From Burkholderiales bacterium (GTDB taxonomy: Bacteria; Pseudomonadota; Gammaproteobacteria; Burkholderiales; SG8-39), in contig DATGDH010000072.1 in the NCBI GenBank assembly GCA_035310985.1, forward strand, positions 41,568-105,567: a DNA stretch of 64,000 bases, in the 5' to 3' direction. Under the pieces are notes generated by a model, which did no database searches, was not told the origin of the DNA, and saw nothing but the letters and a program-made list of their open reading frames with translations. Positions 18,697 through 28,863 of the stretch are shown in pieces. Both the position numbers and the translations under genes were made by a program. Numbering within the stretch: the first letter of the stretch is position 1; each line of letters opens with the position of its first letter.

Positions 18697-19647
18697 ATGA
18701 AAGGCGGCGCGTTCTGGGCTTCGATCGTCGCGGTGCTCGTCGCCGGCCTGATCCTTACGCAGGTCGTCTCCAACGAGTATTACTTCAACGCGTTGTACGT
18801 GATCCTGCAGGGCGCCATCATGGCGGTGGCATGGAATGTCCTCGGCGGCTTCACCGGCTACGTGAACTTCGGCAGCGCCGGCTTTTTCGCGGTCGGCGCT
18901 TACACGAGCATCGCCCTAGGCAAGACCTTCGGCCAGAGCCTCCCCCTGCCGGTGATGATCGCTGCTGCCGCCGCAATCTGCGGGCTCATCGGCCTCGGGC
19001 TGGGCTATCTCACCTTGCGGCTGAAGGGCGTGTATTTCTCCATCGCCACTCTGGCCATGGCGATCGTGTTCGAGACTTTGATGAACAACTGGTCCTACGT
19101 CGGCGGCGCGCGCGGGGCTTACATCCTCACCCCCGACAGCCATCTTTGGTTCAACAGCTACATCGAGATGCTGTTCATGGTGATGCTGCTGCTCACCCTG
19201 GGCTCGGTCGTCGTGTCGCGCGCGCTCAATGCCTCGCGCCTCGGGCGCGGCCTCGCGGCCATCCGGGACGACGAGGTCGCCGCCGAGTGCGCGGGGGTGC
19301 CCACGCTGCGTCTCAAACTCATCTCGGCCACCGTCATGGGCGCGATGATGGGCGTGGCGGGAGCGCCCTACCCCTACTTCGTGACCTTCGTCGATCCCGC
19401 CTCGGCGTTCAGCCTGTTCGTCGCGGTCAACGCGATCGCGATGCCGATGATCGGCGGCACCGCGCACTGGATCGGGCCGGTGATCGGCGCGCTGTTGGTG
19501 GGCACGGCGCAGCAGGTGATCACGGTCACGGTGTCGTCCGAACTGAACGTGCTGGTGGTGGGCGTTATGCTGGTCCTGTTCATCACCCTGGCGCCGCAGG
19601 GCATCGTCGGGCTGGCACGGAAATACCTCGCGAGGCGCAGGCGATGA
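18697..19647 (+). CDS. branched-chain-amino-acid-type ABC permease (LivM family)
   Basis: NVLGGFTGYVNFGSAGFFAVGAY, LKGVYFSIATLAM and IRDDEVAAE motifs. Starts directly after the LivH-like stop. Confidence 0.9.
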   Translation: MKGGAFWASIVAVLVAGLILTQVVSNEYYFNALYVILQGAIMAVAWNVLGGFTGYVNFGSAGFFAVGAYTSIALGKTFGQSLPLPVMIAAAAAICGLIGLGLGYLTLRLKGVYFSIATLAMAIVFETLMNNWSYVGGARGAYILTPDSHLWFNSYIEMLFMVMLLLTLGSVVVSRALNASRLGRGLAAIRDDEVAAECAGVPTLRLKLISATVMGAMMGVAGAPYPYFVTFVDPASAFSLFVAVNAIAMPMIGGTAHWIGPVIGALLVGTAQQVITVTVSSELNVLVVGVMLVLFITLAPQGIVGLARKYLARRRR

Positions 19648-20369
19648 GCGAGCCCGTGCTCAAGGTAAGCAACGTCACCAAGCGCTTCGGCGGATTCCTC
19701 GCGCTGCAGGGCGTGAGCCTGCACGTCGGCGCCGGCGAGCGGCTCGGCCTCATCGGGCCGAACGGCTCGGGCAAGACCACGCTCATAAACTGCATTTCCG
19801 GCGCGCTGTTCAACGACGAGGGGTCGATCGAATTCGAAGGGCGCGACATCACGCGCGTGCCGGCGCACCGGCGCGCGCGCCTCGGCGTCGCGCGCAGCTT
19901 CCAGATCCCGAAGCCCTTTCGCAGCATGTCGGTGCTGGAGAACCTGCGCGTGCCGCTCGAATACGCGGCCTGGACGCGCGCCGAGCACCGGCGCATCGAA
20001 GACGAGGCGATGGACGTGCTCGAGAAGATCGGGCTCAAGAAGCGCGCGCACGAAAATTCCGCCGGCCTGACGCAGGTCGACATGCGCAAGCTCGAGCTCG
20101 CACGCGCGCTGGCGGCCAAGCCGCGGCTGCTGGTGTCCGACGAGGCGATGGCGGGTCTGTCGAGCTCCGAGGTGGACGAGATCCTCGAGATCCTGCTGGC
20201 GCTGAACCGGCGCGGCGTCGCCGTCATCATGATCGAACACATCATGCGCGCGGTGATGCGCTTCTCCGAGCGCATCGTGGTGCTCGACGCGGGGCAGAAG
20301 ATCGCCGAGGGCGCGCCCGCAGACGTGGTGCGCGACCCGCGCGTGGAAAGGGCCTACCTTGGCGAATAG
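19644..20369 (+). CDS. ABC transporter ATP-binding protein (LivG family)
   Basis: GPNGSGKTT Walker A, the LSGG-equivalent region and LLVSDEAMAGL Walker B. ATGA overlap with the upstream permease. Confidence 0.9.
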   Translation: MSEPVLKVSNVTKRFGGFLALQGVSLHVGAGERLGLIGPNGSGKTTLINCISGALFNDEGSIEFEGRDITRVPAHRRARLGVARSFQIPKPFRSMSVLENLRVPLEYAAWTRAEHRRIEDEAMDVLEKIGLKKRAHENSAGLTQVDMRKLELARALAAKPRLLVSDEAMAGLSSSEVDEILEILLALNRRGVAVIMIEHIMRAVMRFSERIVVLDAGQKIAEGAPADVVRDPRVERAYLGE

Positions 20370-21090
20370 GCTGGTCGCGGAGGGCGTCGAGGCCGGCTAC
20401 GGCGCAGTGCGCGTGCTGCACGGCCTGTCGATCCGCGTCGAGCAGGGCGAAGGCGTCGTGCTGCTCGGCTCCAACGGCAATGGCAAGAGCACGCTCATCA
20501 AGTGCATCATGGGCATCCTGCGGCCGACCGCCGGGGCGATCTACCTCGAGCGCGACGGCGAGCGCATCGACCTGGTGGGGCGGAGTCCGCAGGAGGTGGT
20601 CGAGCTGGGAATCGCGCTCGTGCCAGAGGGACGCCGCCTGTTCCCGATGCTGAGCGTGGAGGAGAATCTGAACCTCGGCGCCTATCGCCAGGCCGCGCGA
20701 CCCAGACTAACGAGTAACCTGGAGTTCGTCTACGAGTTGTTTCCGACGCTCAGGCAAAGGCGCGCGCAGAGGGCTGGCAGCATGAGCGGCGGCGAGCAGC
20801 AGATGGTCGCCGTGGCACGCGCGCTCATGTCCGAGCCGCAGATCCTGCTCGTCGACGAGCCCTCGGTCGGCTTGTCTCCCCTGCTCGTGCACCACATGAT
20901 CGGCAAGATCAAGGAGCTGAAGGAGCTGCGCAACCTGACGGTGCTGATGGCCGAGCAGAACTTCAACCAGGCGATCAGGATGGCCGACCGCGGCTACATC
21001 ATCGTGCACGGGCAGATCGAGTTCGAGGGCAAGAATGCCCTCGCGCTGCAGAACAACGACATGGTCAAGCAGTACTACCTCGGCATCTAG
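20359..21090 (+). CDS. ABC transporter ATP-binding protein (LivF family)
   Basis: GSNGNGKST, MSGGEQQM and ILLVDEPSVGLSP motifs. TTG start overlaps the LivG-like 3' end by 11 nt. Confidence 0.85.
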   Translation: MANRLVAEGVEAGYGAVRVLHGLSIRVEQGEGVVLLGSNGNGKSTLIKCIMGILRPTAGAIYLERDGERIDLVGRSPQEVVELGIALVPEGRRLFPMLSVEENLNLGAYRQAARPRLTSNLEFVYELFPTLRQRRAQRAGSMSGGEQQMVAVARALMSEPQILLVDEPSVGLSPLLVHHMIGKIKELKELRNLTVLMAEQNFNQAIRMADRGYIIVHGQIEFEGKNALALQNNDMVKQYYLGI

Positions 21091-21180
21091 CCGGGTGTTT
21101 CGCCGCGGCGCGCACGCAGGCTTGCGCACGCCTGACTGAGCGCTCGTTCACCTGCACGTTCCTAGAGTACGCTTCGCCCG

Positions 21181-22626
21181 ATGACCCCAGTACGTGTCTT
21201 CGCGTGCTGCGCGCTCGCCGCGGCACTGTCCGCATGTTCGGTCGGCCCGCCCTACGTAGCGCCGCAGCCGCCCGAGACGAACGCCTACACCGCCGGCCCG
21301 GCGCCGTCCCTGCCGGAGCAGCAGCTCCAGCCCGGTGCGAGTGTTGCGCCGCACTGGTGGGAGGGCTTCGGCTCGCCCGCGCTCGATCGGCTGGAGACGC
21401 AGGCGCTCGCGCGCAACCCCGGCATCGAGTCCGCGCAGCACACGCTCGCGCAGGCGCATTACAACCTTGTGGCCGCGGAAGGCCTCTTTTATCCGCAGGT
21501 GGCGCTCGCGGCGAGCGGCGAGCGCACGCGCTCTTCGGGCGCGGAGTCCGGCGGACACATCGGCCCGAACCAGTTCAACCTGTACACCGGTCAGGTCACG
21601 GTGAGCTACTACCCGGACGCTTTCGGCCTCAACCGGCTGGTCGCCGACGATTCGCGGGCGCAGGTCGACGTCGCGCACGACCAGCTGCTCGCAGCCCAGC
21701 TCACCATCGAGGGCAACGTCGCGAGCACCGTGTTTGCGCTCGCCTCGCTCGAGGCGCGCATCGCGGCGACGCGGCAGACCGTTGCCGACCAGCAGGAGAT
21801 CCTCGACCTCGTGCGCACGCAATACAGCGCCGGTGCAGTATCCGGGCTTCAGGTCGCGACACAGGAAAGCCAGCTCGCGAGCGCGCAGGCGCAGCTCCCG
21901 GCGCTCGAACTGGCGCGCGACCAGGCGCGCCACCTGCTCGCCACGTACCTGGGCGAGCCGCCTGCCCAGGCCGCGGACCTCGAGGCACCGCAGCTCGCCG
22001 AGCTCGAGCTGCCGAGCGCGCTGCCGCTCAGCGTGCCGGCGTCGCTCGTGCATCAGCGGCCCGACATCCTGGCCGCCGAGGCCCAGCTGCGTGCCGCGAA
22101 CGCGCGCGTCGGCGAAGCGGTCGCGCGCATGTATCCGAACCTGGTGCTTACCGGCGACTTCGGCGCCCAGAGCAACACGTGGGGCAAATTCCTCGACCCG
22201 GCGAGCCGCATCTGGGATCTGGCCGCGGCGGCGCTGGCGCCGGTCTTCACCGGCGGCACGCTCAAAGCGCAGAAGCAGGCCGCGCAGGAGGCCTACCACG
22301 CGCTGTTCGCCAACTACCGCAGCACCGTGCTCGCGGCCTTCCGCGACGTCGCGGATGCGCTGCGGGCCCTCGAGCACGACGCGTCCGCGCTGGAGGCTCA
22401 GAAGCGCGCACTGGACGCCGCGGACACGGCATTCGGGCTGGCGCGCAGCCAGTATCAGGCGGGCGCGGTCGGCTACCTGGGGCTGCTGGTCAGTGAAATT
22501 CAGCTGCAGAACGCGCGCATCGCTTACGTCGGCGCCGAAGCGCAGCGCTTTGCGGACAGCGCCGCGCTCTACGTCGCGCTCGGCGGCGGGGTCGTCGCGC
22601 CGGACGCAACCCGCGAGGAGAAATGA
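21181..22626 (+). CDS. RND efflux outer-membrane factor lipoprotein (NodT family)
   Basis: Lipobox LSAC at the N-terminus, WW..F motif (HWWEGFGSPALD), two OEP repeats and RPDILAAE. Confidence 0.9.
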   Translation: MTPVRVFACCALAAALSACSVGPPYVAPQPPETNAYTAGPAPSLPEQQLQPGASVAPHWWEGFGSPALDRLETQALARNPGIESAQHTLAQAHYNLVAAEGLFYPQVALAASGERTRSSGAESGGHIGPNQFNLYTGQVTVSYYPDAFGLNRLVADDSRAQVDVAHDQLLAAQLTIEGNVASTVFALASLEARIAATRQTVADQQEILDLVRTQYSAGAVSGLQVATQESQLASAQAQLPALELARDQARHLLATYLGEPPAQAADLEAPQLAELELPSALPLSVPASLVHQRPDILAAEAQLRAANARVGEAVARMYPNLVLTGDFGAQSNTWGKFLDPASRIWDLAAAALAPVFTGGTLKAQKQAAQEAYHALFANYRSTVLAAFRDVADALRALEHDASALEAQKRALDAADTAFGLARSQYQAGAVGYLGLLVSEIQLQNARIAYVGAEAQRFADSAALYVALGGGVVAPDATREEK

Positions 22627-22629
22627 TCG

Positions 22630-23724
22630 ATGGTCAAATCGAGCACGCGCGTCACCGTCCTGACCGCAGTCGTCGCCGCCCTCGCCCTGGGCCTGCTGTT
22701 CGGGGTCAAGGGCTGGCAAAGCCACCGCGCGCACGCCGCGCAGGCGCAGCACGGCCCGTTCGCCGTGAGCGTCTCGGCGGCGCGGGTGCAAACGGTGTCC
22801 TGGCAGCGCGAGATCCGTGCGGTGGCGAACCTGGTGGCGGTGCAGGGCATCCGCCTCACGCCCCAGCTTCCCGGGCAGGTGACCGGAATCTACTTCGATT
22901 CCGGGCAGCACGTGCGCAAGGGCGAGCGGCTGCTGCAGCTGGACGACTCCAACCAGCGCGCCCAGCTCGCGAGCGACCGCGCGGCCGAGACGCTCGCGAA
23001 AGCGAATTTCGAGCGCGCCGAGCGCCTGTTCGGCACCCGCGCGGGCAGCGAGGCGGACGTGCAGACGACGCGCGCCGCCTACGCGAGCGCGAAGGCCGCG
23101 GTCGCGGACGTCCAGGCGACGCTCGCCAAGCTGGCGGTGAGCGCGCCGTTCTCCGGCTGGATCGGCGTGCGCGCGGTGAGCCTGGGACAGTACCTCGCGC
23201 CCGGCACCGAGATCGCGACGCTCGACGTCTGGGATCCGCTGCGGCTGCAGTTCACCGTGCCGCAGAGCGAAATCGCCGTGGTGCACGTCGGACAGCCGGT
23301 GGAGGTCGCGGTGAACGCGTTTCCCGGCCACAGCTTCGCCGGCAAGGTGTCCGCGCTCGGCTCCGAGGTGGACGCGAGCTCGCGCAACATCACCGTGGAG
23401 GCGAAGCTGCCCAATCCGGACAGCCTGCTGCGGCCGGGCATGTACGGCAACGCAAGGCTGCTGGTCGGCGCGGCGCACGCGGCGCTCGCCGTGCCATCGA
23501 CCGCGATCAGCTACAACACCTTCGGCGACTTCGTCTATGTCGTCGAGCCGCGCGAGGCCGGCGCGCTGGTGGCGGTGGCGCGCACCGTGCAGGTGGGCGA
23601 GACGCGCGACGACCTCACCGAGATCGTGAGCGGCCTGAAGGCGGGCGAGCGCGTGGTCACCGCCGGCCAGGTCAAGCTGCATGACGGCACCCCGGTGAAG
23701 GTCGCCTCCGGCAGCGCGAGCTGA
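22630..23724 (+). CDS. RND efflux periplasmic adaptor (membrane fusion protein)
   Basis: N-terminal TM, coiled-coil/lipoyl/beta-barrel pattern (VSAPFSGWIG, LRPGMYGNA). Starts 3 nt after the OMF stop. Confidence 0.9.
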   Translation: MVKSSTRVTVLTAVVAALALGLLFGVKGWQSHRAHAAQAQHGPFAVSVSAARVQTVSWQREIRAVANLVAVQGIRLTPQLPGQVTGIYFDSGQHVRKGERLLQLDDSNQRAQLASDRAAETLAKANFERAERLFGTRAGSEADVQTTRAAYASAKAAVADVQATLAKLAVSAPFSGWIGVRAVSLGQYLAPGTEIATLDVWDPLRLQFTVPQSEIAVVHVGQPVEVAVNAFPGHSFAGKVSALGSEVDASSRNITVEAKLPNPDSLLRPGMYGNARLLVGAAHAALAVPSTAISYNTFGDFVYVVEPREAGALVAVARTVQVGETRDDLTEIVSGLKAGERVVTAGQVKLHDGTPVKVASGSAS

Positions 23725-23737
23725 GCGGAGCGGATCC

Positions 23738-26700
23738 ATGCGCTTCACCGACATCTTCATTCGCCGGCCGGTCCTCGCGACCGCGCTCAACCTGGTGATC
23801 CTCCTGCTCGGCCTGCGCGCCTGGACGGCGATGACCGTGCAGCAGTACCCGCAGGTGAGCAGCACCCTGGTGACAGTCGGCACGGCCTACCCGGGCGCCG
23901 ATCCGAGCACCGTGCAGGGCTTCGTCACCGCGCGCCTCGAGCAGGCGATCGCGGCCGCGCCCGGAATCGATTACATGACTTCGGTGAGCGCCCAGGGCGT
24001 GTCCACCATCACGGTGTACATGCAGCTCAATTACGACCCCAACGCGGCGGTCGCCCAGATCATGGCCAAGGTGCAGCAGGTACAGAACCAGCTGCCGCCG
24101 GGCACGCAGGCGCCGGTGATCAACGAGACGGTGGGCGACCAGACCGCGCTCATGTACTTCGCGTTCTACAGCAAATCCCTCACTCAGCAGCAGGTGAACG
24201 ACTACGTGCTGCGCGTGGCGCAGCCGAAGATCCAGGGCGTGGCCGGCGTCGGCCAGGCGCAGATCGTGCCCGCGGGCACCGGACCGAGCGGCAACAGCTT
24301 CGTGCTGCGCGCCTGGCTCGATCCCGACAAGCTGGCAGCGTTTCAACTCTCGCCGGCGGAGGTGGCAGGGGCGCTCGCGGCGAACAATTTCATCAGCACC
24401 GTGGGTCGCACCCGTTCCGCGGAGATCGCGCGCAGCATCAGCGCGAAGACCCTGCTGAACGACCCGCGCGAGTTCCGGGACATGATCGTCAAGAACGCGA
24501 ACGGCACGCTGGTGCACCTTGGCGACATTGCGCAGGTGGAGCTCGGGGCGCAGAACTACAATCAGGCGGTGTACTACAACGGCACGCCGGCAGTGTTCGT
24601 CGGCGTGTTTCCGACGCCGGGCGCCAACGCGCTGGACGTGGCACGCGGCGTGCACATGGCCTTCCACCAGCTCGCCGCCGCGCTGCCTCCGGGCATCGAG
24701 AGCGCCATTCCCTACGACGGCAGCGACTACATCCAGCGCTCGATCCACGAGGTCGTGCTCACCATCGGCATCACGCTCGCGATCGTGGTGCTGGTGATCT
24801 TCCTGTTTCTCGGCTCGCTGCGCTCGCTGCTCATCCCCGCGGTCGCGATCCCGCTGTCGATCGCCGGCGCGGGCATGTTCATGATCGCCGCCGGCTACAG
24901 CATCAATCTGCTCACGCTGCTCGCGGTGGTGCTCGCGATCGGCTTGGTGGTCGACGACGCGATCATCGTGGTGGAGAACGTGCACCGGCACATCGAAAAC
25001 GGGCGCACCCCGCTCGAGGCCGGGCTCACCGCTGCGCGCGAGCTCGCCTCCCCGATCATCGTCATGGCGACCACGCTCGCCGCGGTGTTCGCGCCGATCG
25101 GCCTGACCGGCGGGCTCACGGGCAGCCTCTTTTCCGAGTTCGCCTTCACGCTCGTGTACACCGTCGCGATCTCGGCCGTGGTGGCCCTCACGCTCTCGCC
25201 GATGCTCTCGTCCAGGATCCTGCGGCGCACGCCCGAGCACGGCCTCGCGCACGCGCTGGAGGCGGGCTACGCGCGCCTGCTGCGCGCCTACGACCGCTCG
25301 CTCTCGGCGGTGCTGCGCCATGGCGCGGCGGTGCTGGTCGTGGCCGCCGCAGTGTTCATTGCGATCCCGGTGATGTTCCTCGGCATCCCGGGCGAGCTCG
25401 CGCCCACCGAGGATCAGGGCCTGATCCTGGTGTCGGCAACCGGCCCGGCGACCGCGACGCTGCACTACCTGGACCGGTATTCCGGCGATATCCGCCGGAT
25501 CTTCGAGGGCTATCCCGAGACCAAGCAGGTGTTCCAGATCAACGGCCTGTCGCTCACCGGAGGCGGGGGCAACAATGCCATGATCGCCGGCATGAAACTG
25601 AAGGACTGGAGCGAGCGCGCCCGTAGCCAGATGCAGCTCGTGGCGCCTGTGCAGGCGCAGCTGAACGGGCTCACCGGGGTGCAGGCCGCGGCGTTCCAGA
25701 AGCCGACCCTGCCCGGCTCGCCGACCGGCTTCCCGGTGCAGTTCGTGGTCACCTCGGCAGGGGGCTACGCCCAGATAGACGCCGCGGCGAGCCGCTTCGC
25801 CGCCGAGGCGATGAAGAGCGGCCTGTTCGCCTTCCTCACCACGGATCTGCGCTACGACAACCCGCAGGTCGTGGTGACGATCGATCGCAATCTCGCGGGT
25901 GAGCTGGGGATCACCATGGCCGACCTCGGCCAGAACCTCGCGCCGCTGCTCTCAGGCAATTACATCAACCGCTTCGACCTGAACGGCCGCAGCTACAAGG
26001 TGATCCCGCAGGTGCCCGACCGCTTCCGCGCCGACCCGGCGAAGCTCGGCAGCTATTACGTGCGCAACGCTGCCGGCCAGCTGATCCCTCTGTCGACGCT
26101 CATCAAGGTGCAGACGCGGGTCACGCCGGAGTTCCTGCCGCAGATGCAGCAGCTCAACTCGGCGACCGTCGACGGCGTGACGGCGCCAGGGGTCACGCTC
26201 GGGCAGGCGCTCGACTACCTGAAGAGTCAGGCCCCCAGGCTCCTGCCGGCCGGTTTCGGCTTCGATTACGCCGGACAGTCGCGCCAGCTCGTCAAGCAGG
26301 GCAACACCTTCCTCGTGACGTTCGCGCTCTCGGTCCTGCTCGTTTACCTGCTGCTCGCCGCGCAGTTCGAGAGCTTTCGCGACCCGCTCATCGTGATGGT
26401 CACCGTGCCGATGGCGATCTCCGGCGCGCTTGCGTTCATGTACCTTGGCGCTGCGACGCTCAACATCTACACCGAGGTCGGCCTGGTGACGCTCATCGGC
26501 TTGATCACCAAGCAGGGCATCCTGATCGTGCAGTTCGCAAACGTGATCCAGGAAACGGAGGGGCTCGACCGGCGCGCGGCGGTGGAGAAGGCCTCGAGCA
26601 TCCGCTTGCGCCCGATTCTCATGACGACGGGCGCCATGGTGTTCGGCGCCGTGCCGCTCATCCTGGCGGCCGGCCCCGGCTCGGTCGGCCGCTTCGACAT

Positions 26701-26836
26701 GGGTCTGGTGATCGGCAGCGGCCTCACCATCGGTGCGCTGTTCTCGCTCTACGTCGTGCCGGCGATCTACACCTATCTCGCGACCGACAAGTCGGCGGCG
26801 CGCACCACGGCAGCCGGGACGGTGCCGGTCGCCTAG
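23738..26836 (+). CDS. RND multidrug-type efflux permease (AcrB/MdtB-like, HAE-1)
   Basis: 1032 aa starting MRFTDIFIRRPVLA, with 12-TM architecture, GLVVDDAIIVVEN and KQGILIVQFA motifs. Confidence 0.95.
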   Translation: MRFTDIFIRRPVLATALNLVILLLGLRAWTAMTVQQYPQVSSTLVTVGTAYPGADPSTVQGFVTARLEQAIAAAPGIDYMTSVSAQGVSTITVYMQLNYDPNAAVAQIMAKVQQVQNQLPPGTQAPVINETVGDQTALMYFAFYSKSLTQQQVNDYVLRVAQPKIQGVAGVGQAQIVPAGTGPSGNSFVLRAWLDPDKLAAFQLSPAEVAGALAANNFISTVGRTRSAEIARSISAKTLLNDPREFRDMIVKNANGTLVHLGDIAQVELGAQNYNQAVYYNGTPAVFVGVFPTPGANALDVARGVHMAFHQLAAALPPGIESAIPYDGSDYIQRSIHEVVLTIGITLAIVVLVIFLFLGSLRSLLIPAVAIPLSIAGAGMFMIAAGYSINLLTLLAVVLAIGLVVDDAIIVVENVHRHIENGRTPLEAGLTAARELASPIIVMATTLAAVFAPIGLTGGLTGSLFSEFAFTLVYTVAISAVVALTLSPMLSSRILRRTPEHGLAHALEAGYARLLRAYDRSLSAVLRHGAAVLVVAAAVFIAIPVMFLGIPGELAPTEDQGLILVSATGPATATLHYLDRYSGDIRRIFEGYPETKQVFQINGLSLTGGGGNNAMIAGMKLKDWSERARSQMQLVAPVQAQLNGLTGVQAAAFQKPTLPGSPTGFPVQFVVTSAGGYAQIDAAASRFAAEAMKSGLFAFLTTDLRYDNPQVVVTIDRNLAGELGITMADLGQNLAPLLSGNYINRFDLNGRSYKVIPQVPDRFRADPAKLGSYYVRNAAGQLIPLSTLIKVQTRVTPEFLPQMQQLNSATVDGVTAPGVTLGQALDYLKSQAPRLLPAGFGFDYAGQSRQLVKQGNTFLVTFALSVLLVYLLLAAQFESFRDPLIVMVTVPMAISGALAFMYLGAATLNIYTEVGLVTLIGLITKQGILIVQFANVIQETEGLDRRAAVEKASSIRLRPILMTTGAMVFGAVPLILAAGPGSVGRFDMGLVIGSGLTIGALFSLYVVPAIYTYLATDKSAARTTAAGTVPVA

Positions 26837-26849
26837 GGGCCGCGCTGTC

Positions 26850-28526
26850 TCAGAAAGCGCCGCCCTTCTTCCTGCTGTCGACGATGCCCTGCGCGCGCAT
26901 GCTGATCTGGCTCTGCACGCGGATGTTGAGCAGCGCCGGCCTGCCCGCGGCGAGTGCGCGCCCGAGCGCGGGGGCGAGCTGCTCGGGCCGCTCGACCAGC
27001 TCCCCGTAAGCCCCCAGGCCTTCGGCCACCAGGTCGTAGCGCAGGGGCGCGAGGTCGGTGACTACCGCCTTGCCGTACAGTCCGAGCTGGATGTTCTTGT
27101 CGATGCCCCAGGCGGCATCGTTGCCGAGCAGCACGACGACCTCGAGCTTGTGGCGCACGGCGGTGTCGAGCTCCATCGCGTTGAAGCCGAATGCGCCGTC
27201 GCCGGTGATGCAGAACACGCGGCTCGTGGGGCGCGCGAGCTTGGCCGCGATCGCCGCCGGCAGCGCCTGCCCGAGCATGCCGAGGTTGGACAGGTAGTAC
27301 CAGGAGCGCGGCCGGCGCGCTTGAAGGTAGGCGCGGCCGTAGTAGGCGTAGTCGCCGCCGTCGAACACCAGCACGTCGTCGGGGCGCAGGAGCTGCGCGA
27401 GCGTCCTGTGCACGAACATCGAGCGCAGCGGAGTTTCGGCGCTGGCGAAGGCCTCGATGCGCGCGCGCTCGGCGGCGCGCGCCGCGCGCAGGCGTTCGAG
27501 CCATGCGAGCTCGCGCCACGGGTAGCCCGCGGCGCGCTCGGCGAGCTGATCGACGATCGGTCCGACGTCGCCGACGAGGGCGAGGTCGATGCCGCGATTG
27601 CGACCCGCCTGCAGGCCCGAGGGCTCGACCTGGATCACCTTGGCGCTCTCCGCCACGATCGGCGGCAGGCCGAATCCGACGGTGAAGTCGAGCAGCTTGC
27701 CGAGGAACAGCACGCAGTCGGCCTCGCGGATCAGCGTCGCCGGCTGATGCTGGGACAGGTCGAAGAAGCCGAGGCAGTAAGGATGCTCGTCGGAGACCAG
27801 ACCGCGCGCCGCCTCTTCGGTCATGAGCGGCACGCGCGTGGTCTCGACGAATCGCTCGAGCGCTCCGCCCCAGTCACCGTAGGCCGCCGGGGTGCTCGCC
27901 ACCACGAGCGGCCGCTCGGCCGCGCGCAGCATGGCGATCGCCTGGTCGATCTGCGCGGCCGCGGCCACGCGCGCGGGCCGGGGCCGGTAGGCCGCCGGGT
28001 CGAAGAAGCGCGCTTCGGACGCGTCCACGCTCTGCGTCTGGACATCGATCGGCATCGTGAGGTGCACAGGTCCGCGCCGGCCTTCGAACGCGGTGCGCGC
28101 GGCGGTGGCGACCATGTCCGGGATGCGCCGCGCGTCGTGCACGAGCCACGCGCCCTTGGTCGCGGGGCGCGCAAGCCCCACCTGGTCGATCTCCTGCATG
28201 ATGCCGCGGTGATAGTTGCGCAGGTCCGCCGAGCCGGCGATGTTCAGTACCGGGCTCTCCGCGGCGAGCGCGTTGACCAGCCCCGGAATCGCGTTCGCGT
28301 GCCCGGGAGTGGTGAACGCGCATACGCCCAGTTTGCCGGTCATGCGCGCCCAGGCGTCTGCCATGTGCACCGCCGCCTGCTCGTGGCGGCAGTCGATCAG
28401 CCTGAAGCCTTCGTCCGCAAGCAGGTCGAGCAGCGGCAGGATGTGATCGCCCGCCAGCGTGAACACGGTGTCCACGCCTTCGCGGCGCAGCGCCCGCGTG
28501 AGCAGCTGCGATCCCGTGAGCGTCAC
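26850..28526 (-). CDS. thiamine-diphosphate-dependent enzyme (acetolactate synthase-like family, substrate unknown)
   Basis: N-terminal PYR domain (VFTLAGDHILPL..., RHEQAAVHMADAW) and C-terminal GDGAFGFN...GNDAAWG TPP-binding motif. GTG start abuts the NIPSNAP stop. Confidence 0.85.
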   Translation of the reverse strand: MTLTGSQLLTRALRREGVDTVFTLAGDHILPLLDLLADEGFRLIDCRHEQAAVHMADAWARMTGKLGVCAFTTPGHANAIPGLVNALAAESPVLNIAGSADLRNYHRGIMQEIDQVGLARPATKGAWLVHDARRIPDMVATAARTAFEGRRGPVHLTMPIDVQTQSVDASEARFFDPAAYRPRPARVAAAAQIDQAIAMLRAAERPLVVASTPAAYGDWGGALERFVETTRVPLMTEEAARGLVSDEHPYCLGFFDLSQHQPATLIREADCVLFLGKLLDFTVGFGLPPIVAESAKVIQVEPSGLQAGRNRGIDLALVGDVGPIVDQLAERAAGYPWRELAWLERLRAARAAERARIEAFASAETPLRSMFVHRTLAQLLRPDDVLVFDGGDYAYYGRAYLQARRPRSWYYLSNLGMLGQALPAAIAAKLARPTSRVFCITGDGAFGFNAMELDTAVRHKLEVVVLLGNDAAWGIDKNIQLGLYGKAVVTDLAPLRYDLVAEGLGAYGELVERPEQLAPALGRALAAGRPALLNIRVQSQISMRAQGIVDSRKKGGAF

Positions 28527-28853
28527 TCAGCGCAGCCTGGAATAGGAGGTCGGCGCGAGCAACCGGTTTTCGATGCGCGCCACGAGCGGGCCGTTCTTCT
28601 CGGTCTCGGCGCGCGCCGCGAGCCATTCCGGGTCGGCCATGAAGCCGTTCCAGATGCGCTCGCGCTCGGCGAGGCTCGCCCACTCGAGCAGATAGTGCAG
28701 CGCGTTGTTGTCGTCGCCGACCAGCGTCGACCAGAAACCGACCGGGCGGATTCCGTGCCGTTCCCAGATCTTCAGCGTGATGGTCTCGAAGCGGCGGTTC
28801 AGATCGGGCAGCCTGCCCGGCACGCAGTGGTAGATGCGCAGCTCGTGGATCAA
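28527..28853 (-). CDS. NIPSNAP family protein
   Basis: IHELRIYHCVPGRLPDLNRRFE...LHYLLEWASLAERE resembles NIPSNAP/dimeric alpha-beta barrel proteins. TTG 28853 with GAGGAG 6 nt upstream. The long track ORF upstream is an Arg/Ala-rich shadow of hyuB. Confidence 0.7.
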   Translation of the reverse strand: MIHELRIYHCVPGRLPDLNRRFETITLKIWERHGIRPVGFWSTLVGDDNNALHYLLEWASLAERERIWNGFMADPEWLAARAETEKNGPLVARIENRLLAPTSYSRLR

Positions 28854-28863
28854 GGTCGACTCC

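Noticed and set aside
21181-26836. OMF-MFP-RND gene order as evidence for a CzcCBA-type heavy-metal pump.
   Set aside because: The permease N-terminus (MRFTDIFIRRPVLA...) and overall pattern are of the AcrB/MdtB hydrophobe-amphiphile type, not CzcA-like, so gene order alone is not informative.
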